A stretch of 64,000 nucleotides of DNA, from contig JBFWOZ010000005.1 in NCBI GenBank assembly GCA_050250255.1, positions 24,434-88,433 on the forward strand, read 5' to 3'. The translations under genes and the position numbers were made by a program. Source of the stretch: Bdellovibrionales bacterium. GTDB lineage: Bacteria > Bdellovibrionota > Bdellovibrionia > Bdellovibrionales > DASUEL01. Shown piece after piece: positions 13,697 to 23,638 of the stretch (the stretch's first letter is position 1; every line of letters starts with the position of its first letter). Below the pieces are notes generated by a model. The model did no database searches, was not told where the DNA came from, and saw nothing but the letters and a program-made list of their open reading frames with translations.

Positions 13697-14092
13697 CTAC
13701 CAATTCATCTCTAGAAGCTTTGTTACGAGGAAGCTCGAAAATGTATCGAAAACTCCTAACAAAACTCCCGAAACAAGCAACATCATGCAAACCACAATGG
13801 TCATCGCCACTGTATCTTTGCGGGAAGGCCAAACAATTTTTCGAATTTCCGTAACCACTTCTTCGCAGAACTGGACAACATTATTATTAAACTGGAGAGC
13901 CGCAAAAACACCGAATCCTACCAAAATTGGCAAACCATGCTTCACAACATCGTTTCCAGCGATTCTTGCAACAAAAGGAAAGAGAGTCGAAAACGTATCA
14001 ATCAAAAGACTAATAACAAGAAAGCTCACAAGTCCTGCGAGGACAAAAGCCGTTGTTAATATTTTTTTGTTATCATTATCCATTTTCAACAC
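13697..14092 (-). CDS. secE: Preprotein translocase subunit SecE (three-TM form)
   Basis: Hydrophobic 131-aa ORF with the conserved EVVTEIRKIVWPSRKDTVAMTIVV block, upstream of nusG. The start codon is uncertain. Confidence 0.85.
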   Translation of the reverse strand: MLKMDNDNKKILTTAFVLAGLVSFLVISLLIDTFSTLFPFVARIAGNDVVKHGLPILVGFGVFAALQFNNNVVQFCEEVVTEIRKIVWPSRKDTVAMTIVVCMMLLVSGVLLGVFDTFSSFLVTKLLEMNW

Positions 14093-14129
14093 CTTTATTT
14101 AATCTCAGTTTCAACTCAAAAATCTGTAA

Positions 14130-14205
14130 TGGCAGGGCAGGAGGGATTCGAACCCACAACCTACGGATTTGGAGTCCGCCGCTCTACCATTAGAGCTACT
14201 GCCCT
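14130..14205 (-). tRNA. tRNA-Trp (anticodon CCA)
   Basis: Minus-strand read AGGGCAGTAGCTCTAATGGTAGAGCGGCGGACTCCAAATCCGTAGGTTGTGGGTTCGAATCCCTCCTGCCCTGCCA. It has a 7-bp acceptor stem, anticodon loop CTCCAAA, a GGTTCGAATCC T-arm and an encoded CCA. Confidence 0.93.
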
Positions 14206-14212
14206 ATTTCAA

Positions 14213-14362
14213 TTATTTTGTTTCCTTGTGCATAGTGTGAGCATTACATCGAGGACAAAACTTTTTCTTTGTAAGACGATCGGGCGTTTTTGTCTTATTT
14301 TTATTCGTGATATACGAACGTTCTTTACAAGTTTCACATGCTAACGTGACAGAAATTCTCAT
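14213..14362 (-). CDS. rpmG: 50S ribosomal protein L33
   Basis: Below the ORF-track size cut-off. My translation is [49 protein letters not shown] (49 aa, CxxC...CxxC zinc-ribbon form). It sits at the usual position between tuf and tRNA-Trp/secE. Confidence 0.9.
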   Translation of the reverse strand: MRISVTLACETCKERSYITNKNKTKTPDRLTKKKFCPRCNAHTMHKETK

Positions 14363-14472
14363 ACTTCAAACCTTTCAAACAACAACCAAACTCAAACTGT
14401 ATAAACGCAAAAACCTTCTCTTACTTTTTTTTCGTTTTTTTTCGAAAAAAAAGCCGAGAAGGATCTTTATTT

Positions 14473-14501
14473 AATAGGGCCCTCTTCATCAGAGCCCTAT
14501 T
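14473..14501 (-). terminator. tuf downstream hairpin
   Basis: AATAGGGC...GCCCTATT stem about 13 nt after the tuf stop. A second long hairpin (14414-14462, CCTTCTC/GAGAAGG) encloses a T8-CG-A8 palindrome. Confidence 0.5.
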
Positions 14502-14514
14502 CTATTTTTAACTA

Positions 14515-15705
14515 TTACTCTTTAATCTCTACAACTACGCCCGCACCTACAGTACGGCCACCTTCACGGATGGCGAAGCGGAGTTCTTTTTCCATAGCGA
14601 TCGGGGCGATCAACTCAACGTCGATCTCAGCACGGTCACCAGGCATCACCATTTCTGTTCCAGACTTCAAAGTTACAACACCGGTAACATCTGTAGTACG
14701 GAAGTAGAATTGAGGACGATATCCGTTAAAGAACGGAGTATGACGACCACCTTCTTCTTTTGTAAGAATGTAGGCTTCAGCTCTGAATTTTTTGTGCGGG
14801 AATGTTGTTCCTGGCTTCGCAAGAACTTGACCACGCTCAACGTCCTCTTTTTTAGTACCACGAAGAAGAGCACCAATGTTCTCACCCGCTTGACCTTCAT
14901 CAAGAAGCTTTCTGAACATTTCCACACCAGTTACAGTTGTTTTTGTTGTGGGCTTAATACCAACGATTTCGATCTCTTCGTTCACCTTTACAATTCCACG
15001 CTCAATACGGCCAGTCACTACAGTACCGCGACCAGAAATTGAGAACACATCCTCGATTGGCATTAAGAACGGCTTATCAACCGCACGTGCTGGTTGAGGA
15101 ATCGCTTCATCAACAGCAGCCATCAATTTTAGAATCGCTTTTTTTCCAATATCAGAATCTTCGCCTTCAAGAGCTTTTAAAGCAGATCCACGAACGATAG
15201 GGATTTTATCTCCAGGGAATTCGTATTTATTGAGAAGTTCACGAACTTCAAGTTCTACGAGGTCCAAAAGTTCTGGATCATCAACCATGTCGACTTTGTT
15301 CATGAATACAACGATCGCAGGAACACCCACTTGACGAGCAAGAAGGATGTGCTCACGAGTTTGTGGCATTGGACCGTCAGCAGCAGAAACGACAAGAATA
15401 GCTCCGTCCATTTGAGCGGCACCGGTAATCATGTTCTTTACGTAATCGGCGTGTCCTGGGCAATCTACGTGAGCGTAGTGACGCTTATCAGTTTCGTACT
15501 CAACGTGAGTTGTAGAAATTGTAATCCCGCGCTCTCGCTCTTCAGGAGCTTTATCAATCTGATCATAATTTAAGGCCTGAGCTTTACCTGATTCAGCCAA
15601 AACTTTAGTGATGGCTGCCGTTAGAGACGTTTTACCATGATCCACGTGACCAATGGTGCCGATATTACAATGGGGTTTATTCCTCACAAACTTCTCTTTA
15701 GACAT
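14515..15705 (-). CDS. tuf: Elongation factor Tu
   Basis: 396 aa with the [23 protein letters not shown] and NKVD GTPase motifs. Confidence 0.98.
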   Translation of the reverse strand: MSKEKFVRNKPHCNIGTIGHVDHGKTSLTAAITKVLAESGKAQALNYDQIDKAPEERERGITISTTHVEYETDKRHYAHVDCPGHADYVKNMITGAAQMDGAILVVSAADGPMPQTREHILLARQVGVPAIVVFMNKVDMVDDPELLDLVELEVRELLNKYEFPGDKIPIVRGSALKALEGEDSDIGKKAILKLMAAVDEAIPQPARAVDKPFLMPIEDVFSISGRGTVVTGRIERGIVKVNEEIEIVGIKPTTKTTVTGVEMFRKLLDEGQAGENIGALLRGTKKEDVERGQVLAKPGTTFPHKKFRAEAYILTKEEGGRHTPFFNGYRPQFYFRTTDVTGVVTLKSGTEMVMPGDRAEIDVELIAPIAMEKELRFAIREGGRTVGAGVVVEIKE

Positions 15706-15873
15706 TACTTCCTCCTGCTATTGGCCTTTTCTGACCTTATTGTTCTTTGTGTTTACGTTTCTGTTTTTCTAACTTTTTCGTTCTACTTTAATTTCAATTC
15801 AGTTCTACTTCTATTCTTCTCGAGAATTCTTGAATTCAAAAATTCCTGAATCCGCGAATTCATGCCTTTAACA

Positions 15874-15948
15874 TGGAGCCCACGGCGAGAGTCGAACCCG
15901 CGACCTCACCCTTACCAAGGGTGTGCTCTACCCCTGAGCTACGTGGGC
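15874..15948 (-). tRNA. tRNA-Thr (anticodon GGT)
   Basis: Minus-strand read GCCCACGTAGCTCAGGGGTAGAGCACACCCTTGGTAAGGGTGAGGTCGCGGGTTCGACTCTCGCCGTGGGCTCCA; anticodon loop TTGGTAA. Confidence 0.92.
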
Positions 15949-15972
15949 CTACTCGCTTACTCTTGAGAAATT

Positions 15973-16049
15973 TGGAGCGGGAAAAGGGACTCGAACCCTC
16001 GACCCTCAGCTTGGAAGGCTGATGCTCTAGCCAACTGAGCTACTCCCGC
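15973..16049 (-). tRNA. tRNA-Gly (anticodon TCC)
   Basis: Minus-strand read GCGGGAGTAGCTCAGTTGGCTAGAGCATCAGCCTTCCAAGCTGAGGGTCGAGGGTTCGAGTCCCTTTTCCCGCTCCA; anticodon loop CTTCCAA. Confidence 0.92.
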
Positions 16050-16131
16050 CTAATCTCTCTTCTAAATTTTAAAAAAACTTTTTCCTTTTCTAATTCAATT
16101 CGTTCAAACTTTTCCAGTGCCTAAACAAAAC

Positions 16132-16218
<87 letters not shown>

Positions 16219-16305
16219 TCACGCACCTCTCATACAGCGTTCAGCACTCACTTTCCTCTTGCCCGTTTTGATAAACAAAAAGTAATTACTTTCCGTCACA
16301 AAATT

Positions 16306-16381
16306 TGGAGCTGGTTATGGGACTTGAACCCGCAACCTGCTGATTACAAATCAGCTGCTCTACCAATTGAGCTAAACCAGC
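16306..16381 (-). tRNA. tRNA-Thr (anticodon TGT)
   Basis: Minus-strand read GCTGGTTTAGCTCAATTGGTAGAGCAGCTGATTTGTAATCAGCAGGTTGCGGGTTCAAGTCCCATAACCAGCTCCA; anticodon loop TTTGTAA. The Thr-Tyr-Gly-Thr-tuf order matches the classical thrU-tyrU-glyT-thrT-tufB arrangement. Confidence 0.92.
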
Positions 16382-16490
16382 CCAGTTGAAAAGTGGTACT
16401 AAATATATATCTATCCGCTATTTAAAGCCGACACGTAGGCCGCAGTTTTACTTGATTCTAAAAGTGCTAGTCAAAGGTTATTATTGACTT

Positions 16491-17261
16491 TTATGTCTTC
16501 CATTGCCTGATGATTTCGGCCGTGGCAATTCCGGCTGCCACTGAAACATTCAAACTGTGGTTGGGGCTGACTTGATAAAGCCTCAACAGCTCATCACAAG
16601 CGCCTTTCGTTTGTTTTCTGATTCCATGGCCCTCTGCGCCAAGAACCCATACGACTTTATCTGGCGCCTTTAGTTGCCATATGTTGGACTTCGCTTCCGC
16701 ATCGAGACCCAAAATCCAAAATCCCATCTCTTTCATCTGAAGAAGAGTAGGCCCCAAAGAACCTACTTTTTGGACAGGAACATGCTCTAAACCGCCGCTG
16801 GCCACCTTTGCAACCGTCGGACTTAAGGGAGCAATTCGAGATTCTGGAACCAAAATCCCTGAAACTCCCATCAACCAAGCTGTACGAATGATCGCCCCCA
16901 TATTATGTGGGTCTTCAATTCCATCGAGCGCCAAAACCATGCTTTTTTTCTGATCTTTTAACTTATGGAGATCCAGCGTGGGGGTTTCAGACACTTCAAC
17001 GAGCACACCTTGATGAACGCGGGACAACTTTTCTAATACACCCTCTTGTATATTTTCCACTCTCACCCCCTGCCTTTGCGCTAATTCTGCAATTTGCAGG
17101 AGCTCCTTGGACTCTTTCCAGTTGGCTTTGAGAAAAACTTTTTCTACGGCGTGTGGACGTACTTTAAAAACTTCCATCACGGAATGCAGTCCGACAACCT
17201 GTCTATGGCGCGACGTGGGTTGAGAGTTTTGATTTTTCGATTTTTTTTGTGAAGGTCTCAT
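16491..17261 (-). CDS. rlmB: 23S rRNA (guanosine-2'-O)-methyltransferase, SpoU/TrmH group 3
   Basis: 256 aa with the SpoU motifs LDGIEDPHNMGAIIRTA, WVLGAEGHGI and SLNVSVAAGI, plus an N-terminal substrate-binding-type domain. Confidence 0.85.
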   Translation of the reverse strand: MRPSQKKSKNQNSQPTSRHRQVVGLHSVMEVFKVRPHAVEKVFLKANWKESKELLQIAELAQRQGVRVENIQEGVLEKLSRVHQGVLVEVSETPTLDLHKLKDQKKSMVLALDGIEDPHNMGAIIRTAWLMGVSGILVPESRIAPLSPTVAKVASGGLEHVPVQKVGSLGPTLLQMKEMGFWILGLDAEAKSNIWQLKAPDKVVWVLGAEGHGIRKQTKGACDELLRLYQVSPNHSLNVSVAAGIATAEIIRQWKT

Positions 17262-17959
17262 GCTGTTGCCTCTTGTACAAACATTCGGAGAGCCGCTCGA
17301 GGATCTGATGCTTGAAGAATCGGACGACCTATCACTAAATAGTCAGATCCCAATTTCATTGCCTGGGCCACCTTCATTACCCTCGCCTGATCTTCTCCTT
17401 CAATAGCTTCACCCGAGCGAACCCCTGGAGTGACCAATGTAACACCAGGAAGAACTTCGCGGATTTTTTGAATCTCATGAGGAGAGCAAACAAATCCCCT
17501 CAGCCCTGACTGAGAAGCCAGCTTTGCTAATTGGACCACTTGGTCTTGAATGGGTGCAGAGTAAAAAGAGGGTTGCTCCTCAGGTTTAAAACTTGTCAGC
17601 ACAGTGACAGCGAGAATTTGAAAGGGTCTTTGTTGATTAAGTTCTTTTTCTATTCGAGCCATCAGAGAAAGAGCTGTACTTCCACTACTTGCATGAACAG
17701 TGATGAGGCTAGCGCCCATATCAAACCCTGAGCGAATCGCCCCCTCCATTGTTGAAGGGATGTCATAATATTTGTGATCTAAAAAAATGGGAGCCCACTG
17801 GCTGAGCTCACGAACCAGCTTGGCGCCATATCGGTTTGTTAAGCGTGGCCCTACTTTTAAAGCGCCTGTTTCTGGTCCCAACTCTTTTCCTAGACGCAAA
17901 GCCTCAGAATCATCATCCACATCGAGAGCTACAATGATGGGATTTTTGAGCTTTAGCAT
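17258..17959 (-). CDS. pyrF: Orotidine 5'-phosphate decarboxylase
   Basis: 233 aa; contains PIIVALDV, LKVG, IFLDHKYYDIPSTM and LVIGRPI. Confidence 0.92.
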   Translation of the reverse strand: MLKLKNPIIVALDVDDDSEALRLGKELGPETGALKVGPRLTNRYGAKLVRELSQWAPIFLDHKYYDIPSTMEGAIRSGFDMGASLITVHASSGSTALSLMARIEKELNQQRPFQILAVTVLTSFKPEEQPSFYSAPIQDQVVQLAKLASQSGLRGFVCSPHEIQKIREVLPGVTLVTPGVRSGEAIEGEDQARVMKVAQAMKLGSDYLVIGRPILQASDPRAALRMFVQEATA

Positions 17960-19671
17960 GGAGGCATGTTCTGTCGAATATGGTTTTGCACAAAACTCAC
18001 CACTTGATCTGGAGCTAATGCGGTGGATTCTTTCGTCTTACGAATTATCACGTCAATCTGGTTGTTATCAACTCCGCGCTTACCAATATTTAAACGAAGA
18101 GGAACACCTAAGAGATCAGCATCTTTAAATTTGATTCCAGGACGCTCTTCACGATCGTCGACAAAAACTTCAATGCCCGAATCCCACAATTGTTTATAAA
18201 TTTGCTCTGAGATTTCTGAACATTTGTTATCGCTTGGATCCAATAGACAAATATGAACATGATAAGGAGCAATAGGAAGTGGCCAAACGATGCCATCCTT
18301 ATCGTGATTTTGTTCGACTCCTGCCTGTAAAGTGCGGGTCACACCAATGCCATAACATCCCATTTCGATAGGCATCGCCTTACCTTGGACGTTTAAATAG
18401 TTGGCTTTCATGGCCTTAGAATATTTTGTACCTAAATAAAAGATATGACCGACTTCAATACCACGAGTAATGCGGTAGGAGCCCTTGTCACACTTTAAGC
18501 AACGATCGCCCTCTTGGGCCATGCGAAGATCTACAAGCGCCGTTTCTTTAAAATCTCTTCCGCGATTCACATTACGAAGATGTTTGTCGTCCACATTTGC
18601 GCCTACGACAAAGTTCACATAATCTTTGAGGGCCAGATCCATATAGATCGGAATTTTTAAACCCACAGGGCCGCAACTTCCTGGATGCGCGCCGCCTGTT
18701 GCCTTCACAATTTCTTCTTCCGTGAGGAAAAGAGGATCAGAGTCTAAACCAAGAGCCTTCTTCACTTTTACCGGATTTGCCTCATCATCTCCACGAAGAA
18801 GAAGCGCCACAGGTCCTTTTACACCTTGATAAAAAAGCGTCTTCACAAGATTTTTAGCAGGAACCTTAAGGCTTTGACTCAAATCTTCGATGGTACGAAG
18901 GTTTGGAGTATCAAAAGTTTCAAGGGCTTGAGGGGCACCACTTGTAGGAGCTGGCTCTTCTCCACAATGAGCCACCTCAATGTTCGCCGCAAAATCACAA
19001 GCATTACAGAAAACAATCTTATCTTCACCGGATTCGGCAAGAACTTGAAACTCGTGAGTCATATTCCCGCCAATATTGCCGGCATCAGCCTCCACAATCC
19101 GATAATCAAGGCCTAAGCGTGCGAAAATCGCAATGTAAGCCTCTCTCATGATTTCATAACTTTTATGCGCCGATGGCACATCAGCATCAAAGCTGTAAGC
19201 ATCCTTCATAATAAATTCGCGACCACGCATGAGCCCGAAACGAGGACGAATTTCATCTCGATACTTTGTCTGAATTTGATAGAGATTTTTCGGGAGATCA
19301 CGGTAGCTTCGAACGTCACTTCTTACGATATCCGTAACCACTTCTTCATGAGTTGCACCCAAACAGAAAAGATGGCCGTTACGATTTTTGAATTTCAAAA
19401 GGACATCGATATTGAGGCGATTGGTTTCGGCCCATAATTCTTGGGGCTGAACCATAGGCATCAAAATTTCGGTACAATTGCGTTTATCTAGCTCTTCACG
19501 AATAATTTTTTCGATTTTTCGCAAAACACGAAGTCCCAAATTTTGAAGTGTGAAAATGCCAGGAGCCAATTTTTTAATATAGCCAGCACGAACAAGAAGC
19601 TGGTGGCTGATGATTTCAGCATCAGCTGGTGCTTCGCGAGTAGTAAAAACAAAATTCTTTGTCCACTTCAT
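17953..19671 (-). CDS. proS: Proline--tRNA ligase (bacterial type with insertion/editing domain)
   Basis: 572 aa with class II aaRS blocks (REFIMKDAYSF, GIEVGHIFYLGTKYS, GCYGIGVTR). Confidence 0.93.
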   Translation of the reverse strand: MKWTKNFVFTTREAPADAEIISHQLLVRAGYIKKLAPGIFTLQNLGLRVLRKIEKIIREELDKRNCTEILMPMVQPQELWAETNRLNIDVLLKFKNRNGHLFCLGATHEEVVTDIVRSDVRSYRDLPKNLYQIQTKYRDEIRPRFGLMRGREFIMKDAYSFDADVPSAHKSYEIMREAYIAIFARLGLDYRIVEADAGNIGGNMTHEFQVLAESGEDKIVFCNACDFAANIEVAHCGEEPAPTSGAPQALETFDTPNLRTIEDLSQSLKVPAKNLVKTLFYQGVKGPVALLLRGDDEANPVKVKKALGLDSDPLFLTEEEIVKATGGAHPGSCGPVGLKIPIYMDLALKDYVNFVVGANVDDKHLRNVNRGRDFKETALVDLRMAQEGDRCLKCDKGSYRITRGIEVGHIFYLGTKYSKAMKANYLNVQGKAMPIEMGCYGIGVTRTLQAGVEQNHDKDGIVWPLPIAPYHVHICLLDPSDNKCSEISEQIYKQLWDSGIEVFVDDREERPGIKFKDADLLGVPLRLNIGKRGVDNNQIDVIIRKTKESTALAPDQVVSFVQNHIRQNMPPC

Positions 19672-21035
19672 ACAACATCAATTCCGTAAGATTTAATTTT
19701 GCGATGGAGATGACTTCTTTCAAGTCCAATCACTTCGGCCGTCTTACTTACGTTTCCGTTATTTTCTGCCAATTTCTTTAAAATATACTCTTTTTCGAAT
19801 TGAGCTCGAGCCATTTTAAAATTTGAGATTTGGCTCACAGAATCTTCACCCAATTCATCACCCACGTTAAGTCCCGCAAACTTCAAATCATGAACGTTCA
19901 CTTCTTCGCTAGGAGTAAGAATGTAAATACGCTCTACAAAATTACGAAGTTCACGAACATTGCCCGACCACTGGTATTGTTTGAGATGGTCCATGGCTTC
20001 TGCAGAAAAAACCTTAGGCTTACTAGCTCCTTCTTTTGCAAAGTATTCGCTGAAGTGCAGAATGAGGGCCGGAATATCTTCTTTACGATCTTTTAGTGGC
20101 GGAATTTTTATATAATCAGATTGGAGCATCTGCAGAAGAGGGGCGTGAAACTTTGCTTCTTTTGCCAAGATGGAGAGGTCTCGCGTCGAAGCGACAATAA
20201 TACGTACGTCGCCTTCGATTTTCTGCTCTCCACCAACTCTTGTGAACTTTCCTGAAGATAAATATTCCGAAAGTTTTTGCTGTGACGACAAGGTCAGATC
20301 AGAAATTTCGTCTATATAAAGAGTGCCACCATTCGCATGGTCTAACTTGCCTTTAGTTGCCTGCTGAGCACCGGCAAAAGCCCCTTTTTCATATCCAAAA
20401 AGCTCCATCTCCATCAGATCAGGAGACAAAGTGGAACAACTGACTTCTACAAAAGGGGAGCTGGCTCGAGCGCTGAGATAATGAAGATTTAAAGCCGAAA
20501 GTTCTTTACCACTTCCCTTCTCACCATAGATGAGCACTGGGGCGGGAGAACTCGCAACACGAGAAAGTGTCTGTTTTAATGCCATCATCGCGGCATGCTC
20601 ACCGATGATGGCGATATTTTTTCTCAGGCGATTAAGGAGAGAACGTTTTTCGCCCTTCTCTCTTTGATAAAGAATAATATTCGTCAAAAGAATAAAAATT
20701 TTCTCCATCGATAGCGGTTTCTCAACAAAATCCCAAGCGCCCAGCTTGGTTGCCCTCACTGCGGTTTCAATGTTTCCGTGTCCAGACATGACAATGTATT
20801 CCACATTAGGAAACTTAGGTTTTGCGATTCGTAAAACATCAATGCCGTCGTAAGTGCCCGGCATCCAGATATCGAGAAGAACAACATGTGGTTGAAACTC
20901 ACCAATCATTTTAATGGCTTCTTCGCCCTGACTCGCTAACCGAACGTCGTAGTTTTCGTCTTGCAAAGAAGCACAAAGCACCTCGCGGATAGGAGCTTCA
21001 TCATCTACAATGAGTACTCTAGATTTTTGGCTCAT
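19668..21035 (-). CDS. Sigma-54-type response regulator (receiver + AAA+ + Fis HTH), NtrX/NtrC-like
   Basis: 455 aa. It has a receiver domain (VLIVDDE...VVLLDIWMPG), Walker A GEKGSGKE and a C-terminal HTH. The sigma-54 contact loop reads GAFAGA rather than the canonical GAFTGA. Overlaps the upstream kinase gene by 4 nt. Confidence 0.85.
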   Translation of the reverse strand: MSQKSRVLIVDDEAPIREVLCASLQDENYDVRLASQGEEAIKMIGEFQPHVVLLDIWMPGTYDGIDVLRIAKPKFPNVEYIVMSGHGNIETAVRATKLGAWDFVEKPLSMEKIFILLTNIILYQREKGEKRSLLNRLRKNIAIIGEHAAMMALKQTLSRVASSPAPVLIYGEKGSGKELSALNLHYLSARASSPFVEVSCSTLSPDLMEMELFGYEKGAFAGAQQATKGKLDHANGGTLYIDEISDLTLSSQQKLSEYLSSGKFTRVGGEQKIEGDVRIIVASTRDLSILAKEAKFHAPLLQMLQSDYIKIPPLKDRKEDIPALILHFSEYFAKEGASKPKVFSAEAMDHLKQYQWSGNVRELRNFVERIYILTPSEEVNVHDLKFAGLNVGDELGEDSVSQISNFKMARAQFEKEYILKKLAENNGNVSKTAEVIGLERSHLHRKIKSYGIDVV

Positions 21036-23311
21036 GAAATATCACCCATATCTGAAAAGTCTTTATTATTCTTAAATACCGCCGTTTGTACGACTGGTAA
21101 TTCAAATATCATTTTTGTTCCCGCAGGGGAATTGGCATACGTGCGAATAAAACCATTATGATCTTCAATAATACGTTTTACGATCGCTAACCCTAAGCCT
21201 GTACCTTGCTTTTTTGTACTAAAATAAGGCTCAAAAATACGATTACGATCTGCTTCCGCAATGCCAGGTCCGTTGTCGATCACTTCAACCTTCGCAATTT
21301 TAAGCACCTTATCATAATGCGTCCTGATATCAATAGTGCCATTGGGGATCTGCTCTAACGCAGCAACCGAATTATCCAATAGATTCGTTAACACACGCTT
21401 AATCTGCTCAGGGTCAAAAGCAAATTCTGGAAGATCAGGATCGCTGTGGAATCGAAATTGAATTTCTTTATGTCCCGTTTGGAATAAGACGAGCGCTTCA
21501 TCAATGATTTTGTTCAAATAACCAAAAACCGGCTTTGCCTGCGGAAGGCGCGCAAAGTTACTAAATTCATTCACGAGATTTTTAAGTTCATCCACCTGTT
21601 TAATAATTGTTTCAGTACAACTTGAAAATGCGGGATCCTGAATCGCCCCACCAAATTTCTTTTCTAAACGTTGGGCTGAAAGCCGAATAGGTGTAAGGGG
21701 GTTCTTAATTTCATGGGCGATACGACGAGCTACCTCTCTCCAAGCCGCCGCTCTTTGCGCATTCACCATGACAGAGAGGTCATCAAATACAAAAACAATA
21801 CCTAGTTCTTCTCCCCCCTCATCCTTCAAAAGGGAAACTGTGAATTGCGTCAGCAAAACATCCTGGCCCACTTTGAGTTGCACTTCTTTCGTCTGACTTT
21901 GGGCACGACGAGTTTTCAGTTGAGTGATCATTTCCTCAATCACGGTGACCATCTCAGGCTTCAAAAGCTGCTGATAAGGTTTCCCGATATAATCCTCACG
22001 CCGAACGTGGAGTAAATGTTCTGCATGACTATTGATTGTCGTAATGTAGCCACGCGGATTTGCTGACACCACGCCCGTCGTAATATTTGCGAGCACGACC
22101 TCAATATAGCGATTGTGATCATCTAGCCGGTTGAGTGTTTCTTTTAACTCTAAGTTCGCTTTATTGACCTGCTTTTCCGTTTGATCAAGGTTGAAGGTCA
22201 TCTGGTTAAAGCTATTAATAAGTTGGGTGATCTCTTGGCTTCCCGAAGTAATTCCCACAGGTTGATAATTCCCCGCGGAGATTCTTCTGGTCGCAATTCC
22301 TAGTAATTCCAAAGGGGTCGATAAGGTTTTGGCAAGGTGAAACCCAAACCAAGTCGCTGCTAACAAAATGACTAATGTCATAAGAATCAAAATAATAAGG
22401 TAGATGGATTTAATCGGATATTCGAGCGGGTTAATATCTCGAAAATCATCGTAGGCCGCCGCAATATCATCCATTTTCGAAATCAGGGACATCGGCACAA
22501 AGGAGGAAACCACCACGGCTCCTACCTGTTTTTTGTTCCACTCTAAAGGTACGATAACACGTACCAAGTTACCTTCTCCAAAATGGTGAATCATCGAAGC
22601 TTCGACCTTTTGTCCAATTCCTTTTTGGAGGAACTCCATGCTGACACGAGGAATTTCAGGAATGGCCTCGTCTTTTGAAATCACGACCGCTCTCTGACCG
22701 AAAATTCCTGGATAATATTCAACGGCATCAATTCGGTATCGATCTAGAAGTTGTTTGAGACTTTGATTGATGTTTCGTGCCTTCGTTTCTTTGAGATTGC
22801 GCGCAATCTGGTGAGCGAAGTGATAGTTCTTTTTCTTCGCCGTTGTGTAGTAGGCGTTTGTGACTTCCAAGGAATCTTTTAAAACTCCGGCCATTTTCGC
22901 ACTAAACCATTTATCGAAATTTGAATTAATATAAAATACCGAAATCAAGAACATGAGAACGGTAGGTACAAAGCTAAACGCGACGAAAGCAGCAACGAGC
23001 TTTCCCTTAAGAGAACTTCCAATTAGCTTACTTTGTCTTTCAACGAAAATTTTAACGACGTTTCGAAAGATGAGAAATAAGAGAAATAGCAGAAGGGCAA
23101 TGTTGAGGTTCACAAGCCCGAAAAAGAAAATCGAGTGAATGAACGGGAGCTTCTGACTCACGGAAGTCATGAAGTATCCCACCCACGTAAGGACTAAAAA
23201 TAGAAGACCCAAGACCACGACGAGAACAAGTTCTCGTCGACGCTTTTTAGCCTCTTGCTGCTCAGCCTTGAGCCTTCCTTCATTGGAGATATCCATATTA
23301 GAGCTACCCAC
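21032..23311 (-). CDS. Membrane sensor histidine kinase (TM-HAMP-PAS-HisKA-HATPase), NtrY-like
   Basis: 759 aa with N-terminal TM helices, H-box AHEIKNPLTPI and ATPase blocks DNGPGI and GTGLGLAIVKRI. The track start is GTG; an ATG at 23296 is an alternative. Confidence 0.88.
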   Translation of the reverse strand: MGSSNMDISNEGRLKAEQQEAKKRRRELVLVVVLGLLFLVLTWVGYFMTSVSQKLPFIHSIFFFGLVNLNIALLLFLLFLIFRNVVKIFVERQSKLIGSSLKGKLVAAFVAFSFVPTVLMFLISVFYINSNFDKWFSAKMAGVLKDSLEVTNAYYTTAKKKNYHFAHQIARNLKETKARNINQSLKQLLDRYRIDAVEYYPGIFGQRAVVISKDEAIPEIPRVSMEFLQKGIGQKVEASMIHHFGEGNLVRVIVPLEWNKKQVGAVVVSSFVPMSLISKMDDIAAAYDDFRDINPLEYPIKSIYLIILILMTLVILLAATWFGFHLAKTLSTPLELLGIATRRISAGNYQPVGITSGSQEITQLINSFNQMTFNLDQTEKQVNKANLELKETLNRLDDHNRYIEVVLANITTGVVSANPRGYITTINSHAEHLLHVRREDYIGKPYQQLLKPEMVTVIEEMITQLKTRRAQSQTKEVQLKVGQDVLLTQFTVSLLKDEGGEELGIVFVFDDLSVMVNAQRAAAWREVARRIAHEIKNPLTPIRLSAQRLEKKFGGAIQDPAFSSCTETIIKQVDELKNLVNEFSNFARLPQAKPVFGYLNKIIDEALVLFQTGHKEIQFRFHSDPDLPEFAFDPEQIKRVLTNLLDNSVAALEQIPNGTIDIRTHYDKVLKIAKVEVIDNGPGIAEADRNRIFEPYFSTKKQGTGLGLAIVKRIIEDHNGFIRTYANSPAGTKMIFELPVVQTAVFKNNKDFSDMGDIS

Positions 23312-23324
23312 AGGCTTCTATGCT

Positions 23325-23375
23325 AGAGCTCATCTTAAAAATAGGCAAGGCTTGCCTATTTTTAAGATGAGCTCT
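23325..23375. repeat. 51-nt perfect palindrome (25-bp arms)
   Basis: AGAGCTCATCTTAAAAATAGGCAAG-G-CTTGCCTATTTTTAAGATGAGCTCT read directly. It lies between the 74-aa ORF stop (23404) and the kinase start (23311). Confidence 0.9.
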
Positions 23376-23403
23376 GTTTTATCCTAAGGGGAGGAAAGAA
23401 AAC

Positions 23404-23628
23404 TTATTGCGGAATTTCGCGGTAGATCGAACTGCCAACCTGAAACGCAGGTCCGCCTTTTTTGATCAACTCGAGGCAAAGATTTTTTGCTTCTTCGCTA
23501 TTTAATGCATCTGCTTGATAGGGAATGCCTGTTGTAACAACGGCTGAGTCCAAGATGAGCTTTGCATCATATGCACTCACTCTCTGCTGCAAGCTTTTTA
23601 GAAAGTGATTCAACGTGATCTGTTCCAT
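23404..23628 (-). CDS. Hypothetical 74-aa protein, last gene of the rib operon
   Basis: GAGGAG RBS 7 nt upstream of the ATG, 10 nt after the ribH stop. No motif recognised. Confidence 0.6.
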   Translation of the reverse strand: MEQITLNHFLKSLQQRVSAYDAKLILDSAVVTTGIPYQADALNSEEAKNLCLELIKKGGPAFQVGSSIYREIPQ

Positions 23629-23638
23629 TACATACTCC

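Noticed and set aside
14129-14344. 71-aa plus-strand ORF, and likewise 16117-16389
   Set aside because: They overlap tRNA-Trp/rpmG and tRNA-Tyr/tRNA-Thr respectively, so they are spurious.
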